Source: Raillietiella orientalis (lineage: Eukaryota). From it: a DNA stretch of 64,000 nucleotides. Shown here one piece after another: positions 38,621 through 51,749 of the stretch; the first letter of the stretch is position 1; every line of letters starts with the position of its first letter. The stretch spans positions 11,098,001-11,162,000 of the forward strand of contig JAYWIR010000001.1 in assembly GCA_036172245.1 (NCBI GenBank). Reading direction: 5' to 3'. The notes beneath the pieces were generated by a model. The model worked only from the letters and a program-made list of their open reading frames with translations. It was not told the DNA's origin and searched no databases. The translations under genes were made by a program, and so were the position numbers.

Positions 38621-39278
38621 CGGCTTCTCTCCCCGCTCCCCGATCGCCTCGCGTGGCAGCATCCGTAGCCGAGTGCTGGGCTGCGCCGGTTTCCCGCGAC
38701 GACAGATCGCGCGTCGTCGCGCCTGCTGCCCGGCTTCCGGCGAGGGAGGGCCGCCACCTTGCGAGGCCGAGAGCGCGACTCCAGGTGAGGCAATGACGTC
38801 ATACCGCGCGTCTCTTAACGGCTCCGGCCGAGCGGGCTCCGTTGCTTGCGCAACCCCTTGTTTGCAGCAAGCGGCCGTTAATTCACCCCATCGGAGGTGG
38901 CCCGAGCATCTTCATCTTCCAGAAAGGCTGGGAAACCGCTTCTCGGCGACGGCTGTAAATATCTCAAAGAGGCGCGCCGCGGTAAATCATGCGGATGGGT
39001 TGCCCACGGGAACCTGGACCCGCTGCTGTCCTTCGCACCTGATTTATTCTTGCAGCCGCTCCATCTGTAAATATTAGCGTGACGAATGCTCACTCGCGGA
39101 CCCGCGGAAAGACTCCCGGCGTGGCGACCGGTGAGCAGCATCCGTTCTTTATGGGAGAGCGACTCCTCCCTGCGTCCCGATCGCCTCGCGTGGTGGCAGC
39201 ATCGGTTGCTGAGCGCCGTGAGGTGCCGGTTTCCCGCGACGACCGGTTGCGCGTCGTCGCTTCTCTGCCCGGTTTTCC
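38621..39278 (+). repeat. Two diverged ~120-bp direct repeats (38621-38738 and 39160-39278)
   Basis: Shared CCCGATCGCCTCGCGTGG, GCCGGTTTCCCGCGACGAC and GCGCGTCGTCGC blocks. Confidence 0.85.
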
Positions 39279-41269
39279 CAGAGGACGGTCCCGCCTAGGC
39301 GGTTTCCCTTGCTCGGTCCCGGGAACAAAGGAGACACAGACGCAGCCTCCAGGCTTTCCGTCTCCTCTCCCCCGGAGAGGACCGGGAGGATGACTCTAGA
39401 GCAGAGGTGACGGAATCATCAGCATTGGAAGCGGTCTCCCAGCGACTACCAAGTCGGTGACGAAGAGTGGGCGGCGCAACAAAACCGGGCCGGTCCGCGT
39501 CTCTTCACTCGGAGGCACAAGGAGTAGCCACCGGAAGACGAGCGCTGCAAGGAGCAGGAGATGAATCGCAGAGGAAGAGTACGGAAAGAAGGAAAGGATG
39601 GATGCTGGATGAGAAGGAACTGGATGGAACTCTGAATCCTCCGAGCGAGACTACTGGTCCCGGAATCTATCCGTTCCTGCAATGTATTAAAAGACCTTGG
39701 CTCGAATGTAAACCGTAGAGGACGCATCGGAGGATGGTCGGCATGCTGCGCATCGCTTTGAGGTCCACCGTAGTTTTGCTTCGGCTCTCCTCCTTGAAGG
39801 AGTCGCCCCTCTGCCTCTTCCGCTCTGCTTCCTCTGTACTGCAACCTGTCGCCTCTCACCACCGACATCATCGTTTCCATTTGCATGTCGATCGACTCCT
39901 GGTAGGTCTCAGAGGACATGACAGGAAAGCATTCGACCCAGCAAACCTTTTGACAGTGACCCAGGAACTCTCATGTGATTTTCAACGGTGTTTCCATGAT
40001 TATTCTCAGGGGACACGATTCGACGCTGCCGAATCATCTGGAATCGTGTGGAAGGAGAGAAAGCAGGAAGGAAAAAGAAAGGGAAATGTCTGGGGAGGGA
40101 GCAAGTGGTCTCGTTTTGCCGCAGGCATCCGTGTGAAGAACTGCCTTTCCAGGTCTCTGGTGATGGGGCGCCATGGCGCCCGGCGGCTTCGTTTCGTTGA
40201 CGCCGTGCTTCGGGAGCGCCCTGCCTGCCTCCAAGGGGGGCTTCCGGAGAGGACGAGCATAAGTCGCTCCCCCTGCCGCGAGACATCCGCTCGCAGGCCG
40301 TTCCCATTAGAGGGGTGTGGCCTTCCAAGACCGCCGCCCATCCGAGGCAGTTCGGCGGGCCTCCTCCGCCCGGTGGAAGATTCTCGTCCCCTAAGAGCGT
40401 CACTGCGCGCGCCGAAGAACGGAGATCATCTGGGCGGCGCGCACGGGGGCGCTCCAATGTTTGCTCGTCTACGAAGTCGTCAAGGAGTCGTAAATCACCA
40501 CGATAGTCTTTGGGGCGTGCCGGGGGGTGATCCGTAGTGGTTTCGCGGCAAGGTGGTGATGCAGCGAAACAGAAGATCCGGCCCCGAGATCATTTCGGGG
40601 ACGCGACCGTTGGAGCGCCGTGAGGCAAACGTGGCTATGAGGCGACCGGCAATCAAAGACCGACCGTCTGAGGGGCCGAAGAGATGGAACGTGCTGACGG
40701 AGAACACACGGGCAACCGCGAAACCTGATTGGCCCGCGGGCTGTTTCCACCGGGTATGCGAGAACGCGGGCCGTCCTTGCGAGCAGGGGCGCCGGACTGG
40801 GCGCGATGACAGCGGTTCCCCCCTCATCCATTCCTGGCGGGCCGGGGGTAGGGTGCTACGAGACCTCCCGCGGGAGACGGCGGCGGGCGGCGATCGGGCG
40901 TGTCAGATACTTCGCTCGCCCAGCAAGGAGGAGATGGAGGAAGGAGGGTGCCTTCCCTCGCGTCCTCCTGGGGCCGCTCCAAATGTGGATCCGTCTGTCC
41001 TACCCCACCCTCATCATCCTCGAGGAGGCGGCGAGATGGCGTGGTCTGGAAAGCGAGGGCTGCCTCCGCCACGCGGGGATCTGGCCCGCTCAGGGCCCGA
41101 CCTCACCCCTTCCGGCGCACGCAGGGCGGCCTCGAGCGATTTCTCTATGGATCCGCGAGAGTGCGGGAATTCAAACGTCCCCGGACTCTTCGTGGACGTC
41201 GAAACGGTAGCCGATCCCGGAGGCGGGAACTTCGGAAGGCGTCCCACGGGATCAGGATCACTCCGCCGT

Positions 41270-41315
41270 CATCGCCATCGCCATCGCCATCGTCATCGTC
41301 ATCGTCATCGTCATC
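41270..41315. repeat. (CATCGY)n hexamer microsatellite
   Basis: About 7.5 units of CATCGC/CATCGT. Confidence 0.95.
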
Positions 41316-42399
41316 AGTGGCAGCGTGCTGCGATGAAGTCGTCCGTCGGGCAGCATCGCTCCACGGGAGCGGGCGGATGCCCCACCGGAAGCGCTCACTC
41401 CTTTCCTCTTCGCGCCAGCCCGGGAGCTGCTGCCGTCAGTAGGGCGCCCGGGACGAGCGGGAGGAGAGATGCCGCCAAGCTGTGAAAAGCCCGTGTAACG
41501 TTCCCCCTCCCCTCCCCCTCCCTCTCGTCCGCTTGGTGAACTTTTCCCTCCGGTGATCCACCGCCGCGATGGCAGCTCGGTTGCCACGGTTGCGGAGTGT
41601 CCGTCGGCGAGCGGTAGGTCCGAAGGGAGCCGTCGCTCCCAGGAGTGCCCTGCCGGCGAGGAGGAGAAGTGCCCGAGGAATACTCGGAGAGCTCAGCTGC
41701 CCTCCGAGGAGGGACAGGGAACTCCCGGGAAACGCCGCAGCTCAGGGCGACCGGCGAGGGAGGTCGCTGCAAACTCGCACAAGTGCGGTGGGAGGACTGC
41801 AAGGCAGACAGCCGAAGACTGCTGATCCTCCCGCGACCCCAGAGAAATCCGAAGGGGGGTGACCTCTGACCCGCCGGCGGCGAGAGCTCAGTCCTCAATG
41901 ACGTTCCTCGTGCGACCCGGAAGGAACGTCAGGAGCTCCGCGCCCAGCGAGGGGCGGCGGCCACACCTCTCGGTGGACCCGGCGACCCGGACTACCGCAA
42001 CTCCCCACGGGGGGTGCGTTCAGGGCGCGGACCCCGACTTCCGTGTCGCCGTCGGCCACGGTGAAGCTGCACGCCACCCCGGGCTGCGCGCTCGGGGGCG
42101 TTCGATCCCCGGACGCAAAGGGCGTCCGAGAGAAAGAGGGGGGCGACTTGCTTCTCGATCGCTGGTCTTCAGGGAAGCGCACCGGGGAATGACTGGATGC
42201 GTGGGAGGGCAGCCCGCCAGCCCGCGATGGCGCTATGAGACGGTAGCCGGGGGTGTATTTTCCTGCGGCTCTTCGTGGGGTCTTTCCGGAAAGAGGGAAG
42301 AGGACTCACGGTGAGGGCGATGGGAGGACGTGACTGCCCTTCGACCAGCGAGGGATTGTTGAGGAGGACCCCAGAAGGGAGGGATGCGCGTGGGCAGGG

Positions 42400-43050
42400 G
42401 CCTCCCTTAGGAAGCGAATGGTCTGCCGTCGTTACCCCTCGGCAGGAGGTCAGTGGCCAGCTGACGGACGCTGTGACCCCGAGCCACTCGACCCGGATCT
42501 CAGAGACGCCCCCAGAAGGCCCTGAGCTGCCTCCCCTTTAAGCGTTGGTGCTCCCGACGTCGCGCGCCAGGGTCTCCTGTGGGACCCCGCCAGCGTTGCC
42601 GGGCCGGGGGGAGAAATTGAGTCTCTCCGGCACCTGCCAGCAGACCGCGTCGCCTCCCGGCCTCGGGGCTCTCTGGATCCCGGCAGAGACAGTCCCGCCA
42701 GCGTAGCGAGGAGCCCCTTCGCTCCAGCCACCTCCGCGGGATCGTGGTGGAAGCCCAGGGTACCCAGGACGGGATGGACCCCTGCCGGGAACCCATCGGA
42801 AGGAACCTGCTAGGACGTGGTGCTTCCCGGAGAACCGCCACCTCTTTTCCGCGCGTTGTCCGTCGGTCGGAAGGGAAAGGTCGTCAAGACCAGAAGGATC
42901 GCCACCGGAAAAGGCAAACGACGGCACTACCGCGCTGGCACCATCGGTTGGCGAGATCGACTCCAGCACGCGGGGTCTTCCGTCGATGCTCGGTGTCCCC
43001 ACTGTCGCACGCGTCCTTCGCTGCCCTTTCTCCAGTCCGACTTGCGGTGG
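42400..43050 (-). mobile_element. Decayed CR1/L2/Jockey-like LINE RT core
   Basis: Correct order and spacing: GSRQGSIPS (GVPQGSxL, ~42771-42800), RYAGGTV (YADDT, 42691-42705), WQVPERLNF, EWLGVT (KYLGVT). Confidence 0.6.
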
Positions 43051-44560
43051 GTTGAATTTACTCAATTGGTCATGCACACTACAGACACATACATACCAGG
43101 CAAAACACACAACCATCACTGTGACTATTGGGTCTCTTTAGAAACACTGCGGCTTGTGCGGGTAGGGCACCACACCTTACCGACCGCGCCTTTGAGTATT
43201 CCTAGGCCGCGCAGGAGAGCCCAGTATGGTACTCTCCCACTAGCACGAGTGCTTGTTTCCTTTTTCTGGAGTGTCCTTGCAGGATGTTCCCGGGAGCTGC
43301 AAGCGTGTTCCTTCGTCAGCTTCGTCCTCCTGGTAAGGGTGCTCCTCAGGAAGGAGACGACCATCACCCGTACGGCGGAGTTGTAGTGGGGCACGCCGTC
43401 ATCTCCCTCGAACGGTCCTCGCGGGATCTCCAGCGTCAGCGTGTCGTCCATCTCCTCTGCCCGCCTCACCAGTCTCCAATCCTGGACGAGGAGGGGACGG
43501 CAGATGTAGCTGTGAAGGTCAGATCGTCTCCGATCGACCCAAACCTCTGGACACTGGTCACTGCCAGGATCTCCGATCCAGTGTTGGAGCCTCGCGCTGC
43601 ACAGGATTCGTCCTTGGTAGAACATCAGGAGGCAATCCTGGATGTCCGGCGACAAGGAGGATCTCCACTCCTCGGCGTCCTCAGTCGCCTGTGGGTCGAG
43701 GGCGGAGTTGCCTAGCCTCCCCTCATCTTTCCCATCTCTTCGGACGGTGCGACGTCTTGCGTCATTTTTACGTTGTTTGTTTGGGGGTTCACCCTGGACC
43801 ACTGAGTGCCTTGGTCTTACCAAAGCTCGCGCGTCCTGTGGTTTATCCTCCCCTCTAATTTCCGTTTGTATGCGAGGACTAGCCGTGCGTGGATGACCGC
43901 TCTACTCGATAGCCGTTCGCATTCTTCCATGGTCACCTTCCTGTTCTTGTTTATTCACATCCGGTTTCCCAAGGGACCCTGAGAAACAGCGGGATCACTT
44001 TGGTGAGCTCCTTGCTCGTTGGCACGATTTTCAGTTTCAAAGTCCACAGGAGATTCGTGGATTCGTGGCCACTTTGTTCCAGTCTCCTGAACGGCCAGTC
44101 TTCCCATGCGCTGTCGATTCGGACCAGATGTCTGTGGCCTGGAGCTTCACGGCAGTGGCGACGTCGCGTGTGCCAGTGCCTCCTTCCGCCCGAAGGCGAC
44201 ACAGGTGCTTCAGCTTTGCCTTGGGTCTTGTGCTGCTCCAGACCAGGTTCCTCTGGATGACGGCTAGTTCTTTTGCCATCCTCGAGGGAATCGTAAGGAA
44301 GGACGCGGCGAAGAGGGACTTCGGCGCCATCATCCCCCGTTCCAGAGGTCGGTTTTGTCCTTCTGCGAGTAGAAGGCTCCGACGTACTGGCTGGTTTCTC
44401 CGCTCACCTTGACCAGGATGGTCGACCCCTGCTGGAACTCCAGGACTGGTGTTTCGCCACCTATGTGTATCCCAGTGTGGGTCCCTCGCTGCTCGTGGGG
44501 GCCGATATGGAACCTCCCCGCAAACCACTTCCCATTGCGACCTCCACGCGCCCCCTTGCC
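43050..44560 (-). mobile_element. 5'-truncated L1/Tx1-like LINE (RT C-terminus, zf-RVT, 3'UTR)
   Basis: TGIHIGG (YLGI), RNLVWSSTRPKAKLKHLCRLRAEGGTGTRDV (FxW..KPK....LC.P..EGGLGxxD), LSPDIQDCLLMFYQGRILCSARLQHW...DQCP (zf-RVT). Confidence 0.8.
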
Positions 44561-46759
44561 GAAGTCACGAACCAGGCAGCAGCGAGGAAGGCGAAGGGCA
44601 GATCGAAGACCACCTTCCCAGAAAGGGCTCGTTTTTTTTTTTTTGCACGCGCGCTCACGCCCTCTGCTTTTCATTCTGGCTGCGCACGCATCTGAACAGC
44701 ACTGTCGCGGTCTAGAGGATGGACTGCCTCCACCATCCATCATCGTCCGCATCGCTTGCTGCTGCTATCTGTTACTCCCGCCGACAACCAAACCTGCTTT
44801 TTCCGTCTCTCCGTCCCTACCCCACCGCTTTCCTTTTCGTGTTCCCCAGCGCGGAATCTTCCCTTCTTCCTACCCACCCCGCTCCCTCCCCCGTCCCCAG
44901 TCCGGAAAGGTTTTTTCAACCTGGAAGATTCGGGGAGGCACGCGGCGGAACCACGAATCGCCCGATCTTGGACTCCGGCGGTCTCCCACGCGAGGGGTGG
45001 GTGCCATCCGAGCTTCCCCTCCCCCTCCCGCGTCTGGCTCTCTTCCTTCCTCGACTCGAGGAGAGCAAGGAAGAAGCAAGGCGCATCGGGACGCGAGTCG
45101 TCGTTGCTGCCGCGGCGTGAGGACGGATCCAGGCCGGGAACGAAGTCCCGTTGGGGGCGAGGTCAAGTGTCGGCCCATCCGCGAACGGCGCGCCATGCTG
45201 CGCGCCCACGGGACTGCCGGGGAAGGCATGCGCGCCAGGGGTTTTCTTTTTTTTTATCCGCGCGAACGGAAGAGACCGGCGGAGAGCGAGCGCAAGCGCG
45301 CGCATGCGTGGAGTAACGGCACGAGAGCGTGCGGTCGCAGGACGCGTGCGTCGGCGACCAAAGTGCGAAGGGGTGCGAGTGGGGTACCTTTCGGGCGCGG
45401 AGGGGAGTGCGCGCGCTCGGCGAGAGGGGCCCCTGAGGATACGAGAATTTCAGGGATCCGCCGGGGATAGCCGCGCGAAAACGCCCCGCCCTCCGTAGAG
45501 GTCGACCGACCGACCGACCGAAGGCGCGCGTCTCCGGGCGTTGCGTAGCCCTGCGCAAACTTTTTCCCTTCTCTTTCCCCGGTGCGCAGCACCCACCGTC
45601 GCGAGCGCCTGCCAAGCCTCCGCATCGCTCCCCTCCCCGAGTTGGGATGGGACAACTGTAGACGGGATGTGCGACGGCGCTGATCGGACGGCGTCGCAGG
45701 GTGCCGAAGCACCGACCCAGGAGCCACTTGGTTTGTTCGAAAAGGCAGGGGTGGGTGGGAGGGGTGAGCAGCAGCCGCGGAGGCGGATCCTCCCCTGGAT
45801 CCCTTCCGGAAGGCGTCGTGGTGGCTCCCTCCACACGGAGCACGTAAGCAGGCGTGTGGTGTTTGCCTTAAGATCCCCCGACGTCGAGGCGGGCGATGTG
45901 GCCCGCCTCGCGCCCTCCCCCCCCTCCGGCAATGCTGCTGCGAGCCCGAGCTCCCAGGTGTCGGATCCCCGAAAAGCGAGGGAGCCGCATGAGTGGGCCG
46001 CTCCTTTCCTGCACATCGTTAGGTGTGCGTTAATAATTCTGCTTCCATTAATCAGCAGCGAAAGAAGAAGAAGAAGAAGAAGGAAAAAAATCGGCGCGCG
46101 CAGTCGTGTTTCCGCAGTTAAAGGCAAAGCCAGGCGGCGGCGTGTTCTCTTTAGGAATTTGATTGATGGCGCACCGAGCCGGTTCGGTCCTGGAGGCTTC
46201 CCGTTCCGAACGCACTTGATGATTTAATGAAAACTTAAATTAAATCATCGAGAGGGAAACGATGTGAACTCCGGAAACATGCTCAAGCTCACAGGATTTA
46301 TCTTCAAAATGGGACCAATTCTAAATCAAGATGCGGCTTCGGACCATACGCAACACTAATGAAATTTGTGTGTGTGTGTTTTTTTTGTTTGCTTTTTTTT
46401 TTTTTTTCTTTTTTTTCCTGCGTGTGTTTGTCTGCGTGCGTGCGTGCGTGCGTGGAGAGGAGCGGAAAGGGGAATTTCACTGCGGAAAGCGCGAGAAGCG
46501 GGGAGGGTAGCAAAAATTTTAGTTGAGACCGTGTCGGGAAGATGGCTCTGCAGGTAGGAAATCGCTTGACGGCAAAGGGATTCGACTCGCTGACTGACCA
46601 GATGCCCTGCAGGTAAAATCCCTCGGGGAAGGAGAGGAAAGATTTTCAAGGAAAGGAGAGGAAAGAGGCCGGGAAGGAAAAGAGATCGAAGCGGGAGGAA
46701 TGAGCGTCGAGGGGGGCTACCAGTGAGACACAGCGAATCCGTCACGCCGCAGCGGCGGC

Positions 46760-47080
46760 GGCTAACCATCCGGCCACACGTGATGCCACGGTCAGTGCCT
46801 CAGATTAGCACGCGGTGTCGCGCAGCTGCCGTTGTCCCAAAAGAGGTCCTGCGCGTGACATCTCCAACTCTGCTTGCGCAATGCTGCTGATACTGTGGGG
46901 GCTGATCATTCCTCCTCGCGACCTGTACCCGACTCGGGCAATGCATCCGCGGAAGCATACAAAACGCGCCGGAGGTCTCCGACACGGCGACGGTCGCGCA
47001 TCTCGGGACGCGCCACGGTGGTGCAGACGTCAGCAGCACAGAGGCGCGGATTTCGGCCGCGCGACCGGGAGGGAGCACTC
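46760..47080 (-). mobile_element. Possible Gypsy RNase H fragment
   Basis: VLLTSAPPW (LTSAPVL) and VLYASADA (LYTDAS); weak. Confidence 0.3.
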
Positions 47081-50000
47081 GGACGGACGAGCCCGCGCGC
47101 TCTCGTCCAATATTCCGCAAGCGAAGAGGGGAGTGGCCGCAGGGCAGGAAAGAAGGAAACGAAAAAGAACGGAAGAAAACAAAGGAAGAGAAGAAAAAAA
47201 AAAAGAACGAAATGCGGACGCGACTGCAGTTTACCTCTCGGCGTTTCCGAGATGATGCGGCCGCTGCTCCTGAAGCTCGTTAGAGGAAAAAGTGCTTCGT
47301 GGGGATGATCCGGAGATCTGTGACCTTCTCCTTTGTGCTTCCCACTTTCGGCTTTTGGAGTCTGTTGCGAAACTTTCAAAGCTCATCGTCGTCTGGGAGA
47401 CCAGAAACTCACAATAAATCTGAGAGCGCTCCGCGCGGAAAAAAAGAAGGAACGCGTCGGGGATTCGAACGAGGCGCGCGGCCCGGGCGCGGGAGCGGAG
47501 GCGGAAAAAAAGGAGCGTAGGGAAGTCGTCGTGCCCTGGCAGCCACTTCCCAAGGGCACGTGCTGCCCTCCGAGTCACGGTCGGTTCTCGCAGCTGCTGC
47601 TGGGCCGCGTCTCCGCTGCGCGGGGCCGGGAGAGAAGGGGGTACGAAGCATGTGCAAAGAGGCCGGCGGAGGGGGAACGCGTGACCCAAGTAGGTGCCGG
47701 CAGTGATGGCGAACCCCCTGCGCTCTTTCTCGCCTGCAAAAGGCCGCAGAGGGGGCGCGACCTCACGCGGAAGGGATCCTGGCCAGCCTCGGAAGTGCGG
47801 CACTCGCCAGGAGCCTCTGGGGCGAAGGCGACCAGCCCCTCGGGCGCGCGCGCCGCATCCCGGAAGCGCTCGTCCGGCCGGCCGGCCGCATCTGAGCGTT
47901 TCGCCGGAGCGGAGCAGGGGAAGCATCAGCATCATAGGAGGAAGCTGGAAGATGAGCTTCCTGCCCGTTCCTTCGCCTCATGGTCTGCCGGCTCTCCCGT
48001 CGTTCGGTGGCTCGGCCACCGCCAGCGGCCGTCCAGCAGAAGCCAAATTGTCCTGTTGCTGCTGGATCGCGTCTCCAGGGATGATCCATGAAGGGATGTG
48101 TCGTGGAGATCCCCAGTTTTCCGGTGGTTCACTGACGCTGCATCAGCTTCAGTGAGCTCTGACTGAGAGATCCTCGCGCTCCACCCCGCGATGTACAAAA
48201 AGAGCATTCAGAGTGCTGTTCCTTCTTCTTCCTCCCTCCTCCCCCTCTCCTTTCCTCCTCCTCCCTCCCTCTTCCTTTCCTATTCTTCCTCTTGTTCTTC
48301 CCACCTTCCCATGCTCCTTTCCTTCTGATGCCCATGCATTGGAGTCCCCAGAATCGATCGTGCTGTCCGGGGAGGGGAGGATGCAGACTGGAAACGGACG
48401 ATAGACCGTTTCAGCGGAGATCCGCCGCGAGGGGTCCATCGGAGGAACGGGCTAGGGTCGTGGTGCGTCTCTCTTCCGCTTCCCTCGGCATGGAGTTGAG
48501 GGAGGAGGCGGGATGGAACCTACGCCCTTCCCGCGGGAAGGCTCCTGGGGTTTGGTGGAGGTTCAAGCTGGTCAAGGAAAGGATGCTGCAACTCCCGGTC
48601 ATTTGCAGATAGGCAAATAATGAAGCGCAAGACAGCGGATGCTGCTGATTCCCGGAGACAAACGATTGCAGTGGCCCTTCGATAAAGATCTCGAGCATCC
48701 TCGCTCCATCCTCCTCCCCCACAGCTCCCCCCACCGCCTTCCTCGTGCCCCATCGCCCTTTCGCCGGAGCTTCCCGCTTGACAAATGGGACGTGGAGGAG
48801 CCTGGAGGGGGCACTTCGGTGCGCATTTCCCCCGGGGGCGCTACGTCCCCAGCAGCCATCTCGTGCGCGCGAAGGATGGGTGGGCGAGCGGAGCGGCGAC
48901 GGCGGAGGAGGAGTGCAGGGGACGGCGTCTCCCGACTTCGGGTTCCTGGAGGGACGGACCGGTAGAATGGCCTGGAGCAGGCTGGGATCTCTCTGCGCCG
49001 TTCCTTCGTTCGTTTCCTGGCAACGGGGCCGTCGTTCCCTCCCGATAGACGTGCATGATCCCCCCTCTGGTTTCTCCCCTCACCCGGTGGGGCGGATGAA
49101 GCGTGGCTGCTCGCCCCTGCAGGAGAGAAAGGAAGGGAGGAGACGTCGTTGGGGAGAGGGGGAAGGGATGACGCGCAAGGTCAGCACGAAAGAGCCTTCG
49201 GAAGCGGCCGGTGCTGCTGCTGACCCAGGCAAGACCTCGAATGTGCCCAACGTGCTCCGCTCCCATCCGCCTGTCCTTCTGCTTCCAGGTCGGCGCTGCG
49301 GGGGGGTTGGACGAGGCAGTCATGAGCCACACGGGACCAGGATCACCCTATCTACTCTCGGCTGGGGTGGCTGCCGAGCCCCCGTGAGTGGATGCCACCC
49401 CTGCCCTGAGCTGCCACCCCTCTCGGGAGTGGTTTCGCCAGCCTCGAACTTTCTCCGCCCTGCTGCGGACTCCCTCCTGACGTGCGCGCGTCTCTAGGGA
49501 TTCCGGGGATGGATGAGTGGGAGAGAAGGAGAACGGAGGAGGAAAGGGAGCAGCCTCCTTTTCTTCCCCCGCTCGCCTACGCACAGGGCGCGGGAGATGA
49601 GAGGGGGAGACGCGGCGCCGTTCGCCCGCCTGGGGAGCCTGCCGAGCCGGCATCCGGGAGCCCGGAGCGGAGGCGAAGGGGGAGGGGGATATCTGATCCG
49701 AGCTACAAGATCCCCCCCTGCTTCCCCGAGGGCACGCTGGACCGCTTGTCCCTTGTCGACGCGAAGGATGCGGCGTGCTGCTGACATCTGATAAGGGGCG
49801 CGGGATGGCGACCCGTCCTCCTGGCTTCCTCGAGCGACGAGGCCGTCCGTCAGGTGACAAGGAATTTGGAGAAAGGAAGGAAGGGGGGGGAGACTTCCTG
49901 CCTCCTCCTCTCCTGCCGCGGTTGCCACCTCTGTGAATTTTGAATCGCCAAGGTGTCCGACAAGAGAGGGCGCTTCGAGACCGAGCAGCCCCCCTCCCCA

Positions 50001-51454
50001 GAGGGGGAAAAAGGTGACACCTCAAAGGAAGGACGGTGGAACATCTGCTGCCTTCCCCACTGCGGTCACCCCGCCATGCGCGAAGGTCCTCAGGAATGTC
50101 GCGCTGATGCACCGACCCACCTCCTTCCCGTGCATAGCACATCCGATGAGCCCCTTCTCCCCCCTTCCCTCCTCCTGCGCTGCTCTTCCACTCATCACAT
50201 GGCCATCATCCATTCCTGCTTTCTTTGGTTGGCCCTGGACCGTTTGCAGCGCATGGTCCGGTGAGGAATGGGGCCGAGGTAAAGGGAAAGTGCCTCCGGC
50301 GGTAGCTCATGCGTGCGCCATAGGGCGTGCCGCTAAAGGACCCCGCCAGCGTTCCTAAAGGCGTCACCAGATGCCGGTGATGAGGGCCGTTTGGGTTTTC
50401 TGCTTTCCTCGAAAGCTGATTGGTCCACGGATCGTGATGCAGTGCGCGTGACGACGGGAGACTCCTTCGCCTGGTCTGCCTTCCTGCCCCCTCCCCCTGT
50501 CTGGTCAAGTGGGGTCAGCTCCCGCGCGAGCTGACCGCCATCTTCCTTCAGCCCCTCCCTTGGCTCGTGCGCGCGCGCGCCGCCCTCGGCGTGCCGCGAA
50601 GGCAGGTTCAGACGGCAACGCCCACTTCCTGTGGCCCTCCCATCTCACTTGCTTTTTTCCGGGACGAAGGATCAAGAAATGCCTGTGGCCTCCCAAGAGG
50701 GAGGGGTGGAGCAAAGAGAGGAAGGGATTCCTTCCTCTAGCCCTTCTTCCCGGCTGGCCAGCTCCCAGACGGGACACCGTCCTCCGAGCGGTCTCGCTCG
50801 CGGAGAAGGACAGAGGCCCCTCCGAGAAAGGAGGAAAAGAGGAGCTTCGGGAAAAGACAGGGGCAGCTTCCCGGATCTCTTGAAGATCCGCGTGCTTCGG
50901 GAAGGGGAGGACTTCGAGTCCCGCGCTGCCGCCCACAGAAACAGCAGACCCCAGAGGGCTTTTCTCTTTGGACTCGGCAAGGAGAGGAGGGGAGCAGACC
51001 GAGGTCGCTGGGTTGGCACTCGTGCAAGAGTAGGGTGGCCATCGCACTCCAGAACGGAGGGGCAAAAGGTCGCCGCTGTTCTTGGCTTGAGGAGAGGAGA
51101 GAAAGTGACGGAGGCTGCGGCGGTGCTGCGAGGAGCAGGAAGGGGAGCGAGGGGAGAGGCAGTTCTCTCTCTCCGGCATGCGATGGGCTCGTGGGAGGAG
51201 CGCTCACGAACGCTCCCCCTTGCCCTCGGGCCTCCCACGCCCCACTGCAGTGGCGGGGTCGGTGTGCTTGGGTCTCTGCCGGAGTCTCTGCCTCCGTTGC
51301 GGGCGACTTTCGCATGACCGCCCGTCTCGGCATGAGAGATCGCCCTTCCCTGCTTCCAAAAAGCGCGCTCCAGAAACCGGGTCCCCCTCACGGCGGATAC
51401 GGGTCTGCAGTCTGCTCCTTCTCTCACTCGATCTCTCCTCACCCGGAGAACCAT

Positions 51455-51730
51455 GTGGAACAGAGGAGGAAGCAAGGAGAGGGAAGCGAAGAGGAGGAAC
51501 AGTGGAAGGAGGAGGAGAGGGGGGAAGAGGGAGGACGAACAGAGGAAGAGAAAGGGAAAGAAGAGGGAAGCGAGGAGGAGAAAAGAAAGAAGACAAGGAA
51601 GAACAGAGTAATGAAGAGGAGAAGGAAGAGGAGGAGGAATGGATGAAGATTATGAGTGGATGGTGGTGTGGAGTGGGAGAAAGAAGGAAGTAGAAGGAAG
51701 ACGGAGAGGAGGAGGAGGAAGGAAGGGAGC
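51455..51730 (+). repeat. Long polypurine (GA-rich) low-complexity tract
   Basis: ~270 nt almost entirely G/A. Confidence 0.9.
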
Positions 51731-51749
51731 AGTTCCGTTTCTGAAGTTC

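Noticed and set aside
40553..41485. ORF with an (HR)n repeat suggestive of a metal-binding tract
   Set aside because: Arises from the (CATCGY)n microsatellite; the remainder is uninformative.
47900..48150. Possible LINE RT fragment (GQFGF)
   Set aside because: One short motif without collinear support.
51035..51646. Glu/Lys/Arg-rich coiled-coil-like ORF
   Set aside because: Artefact of the GA polypurine tract.
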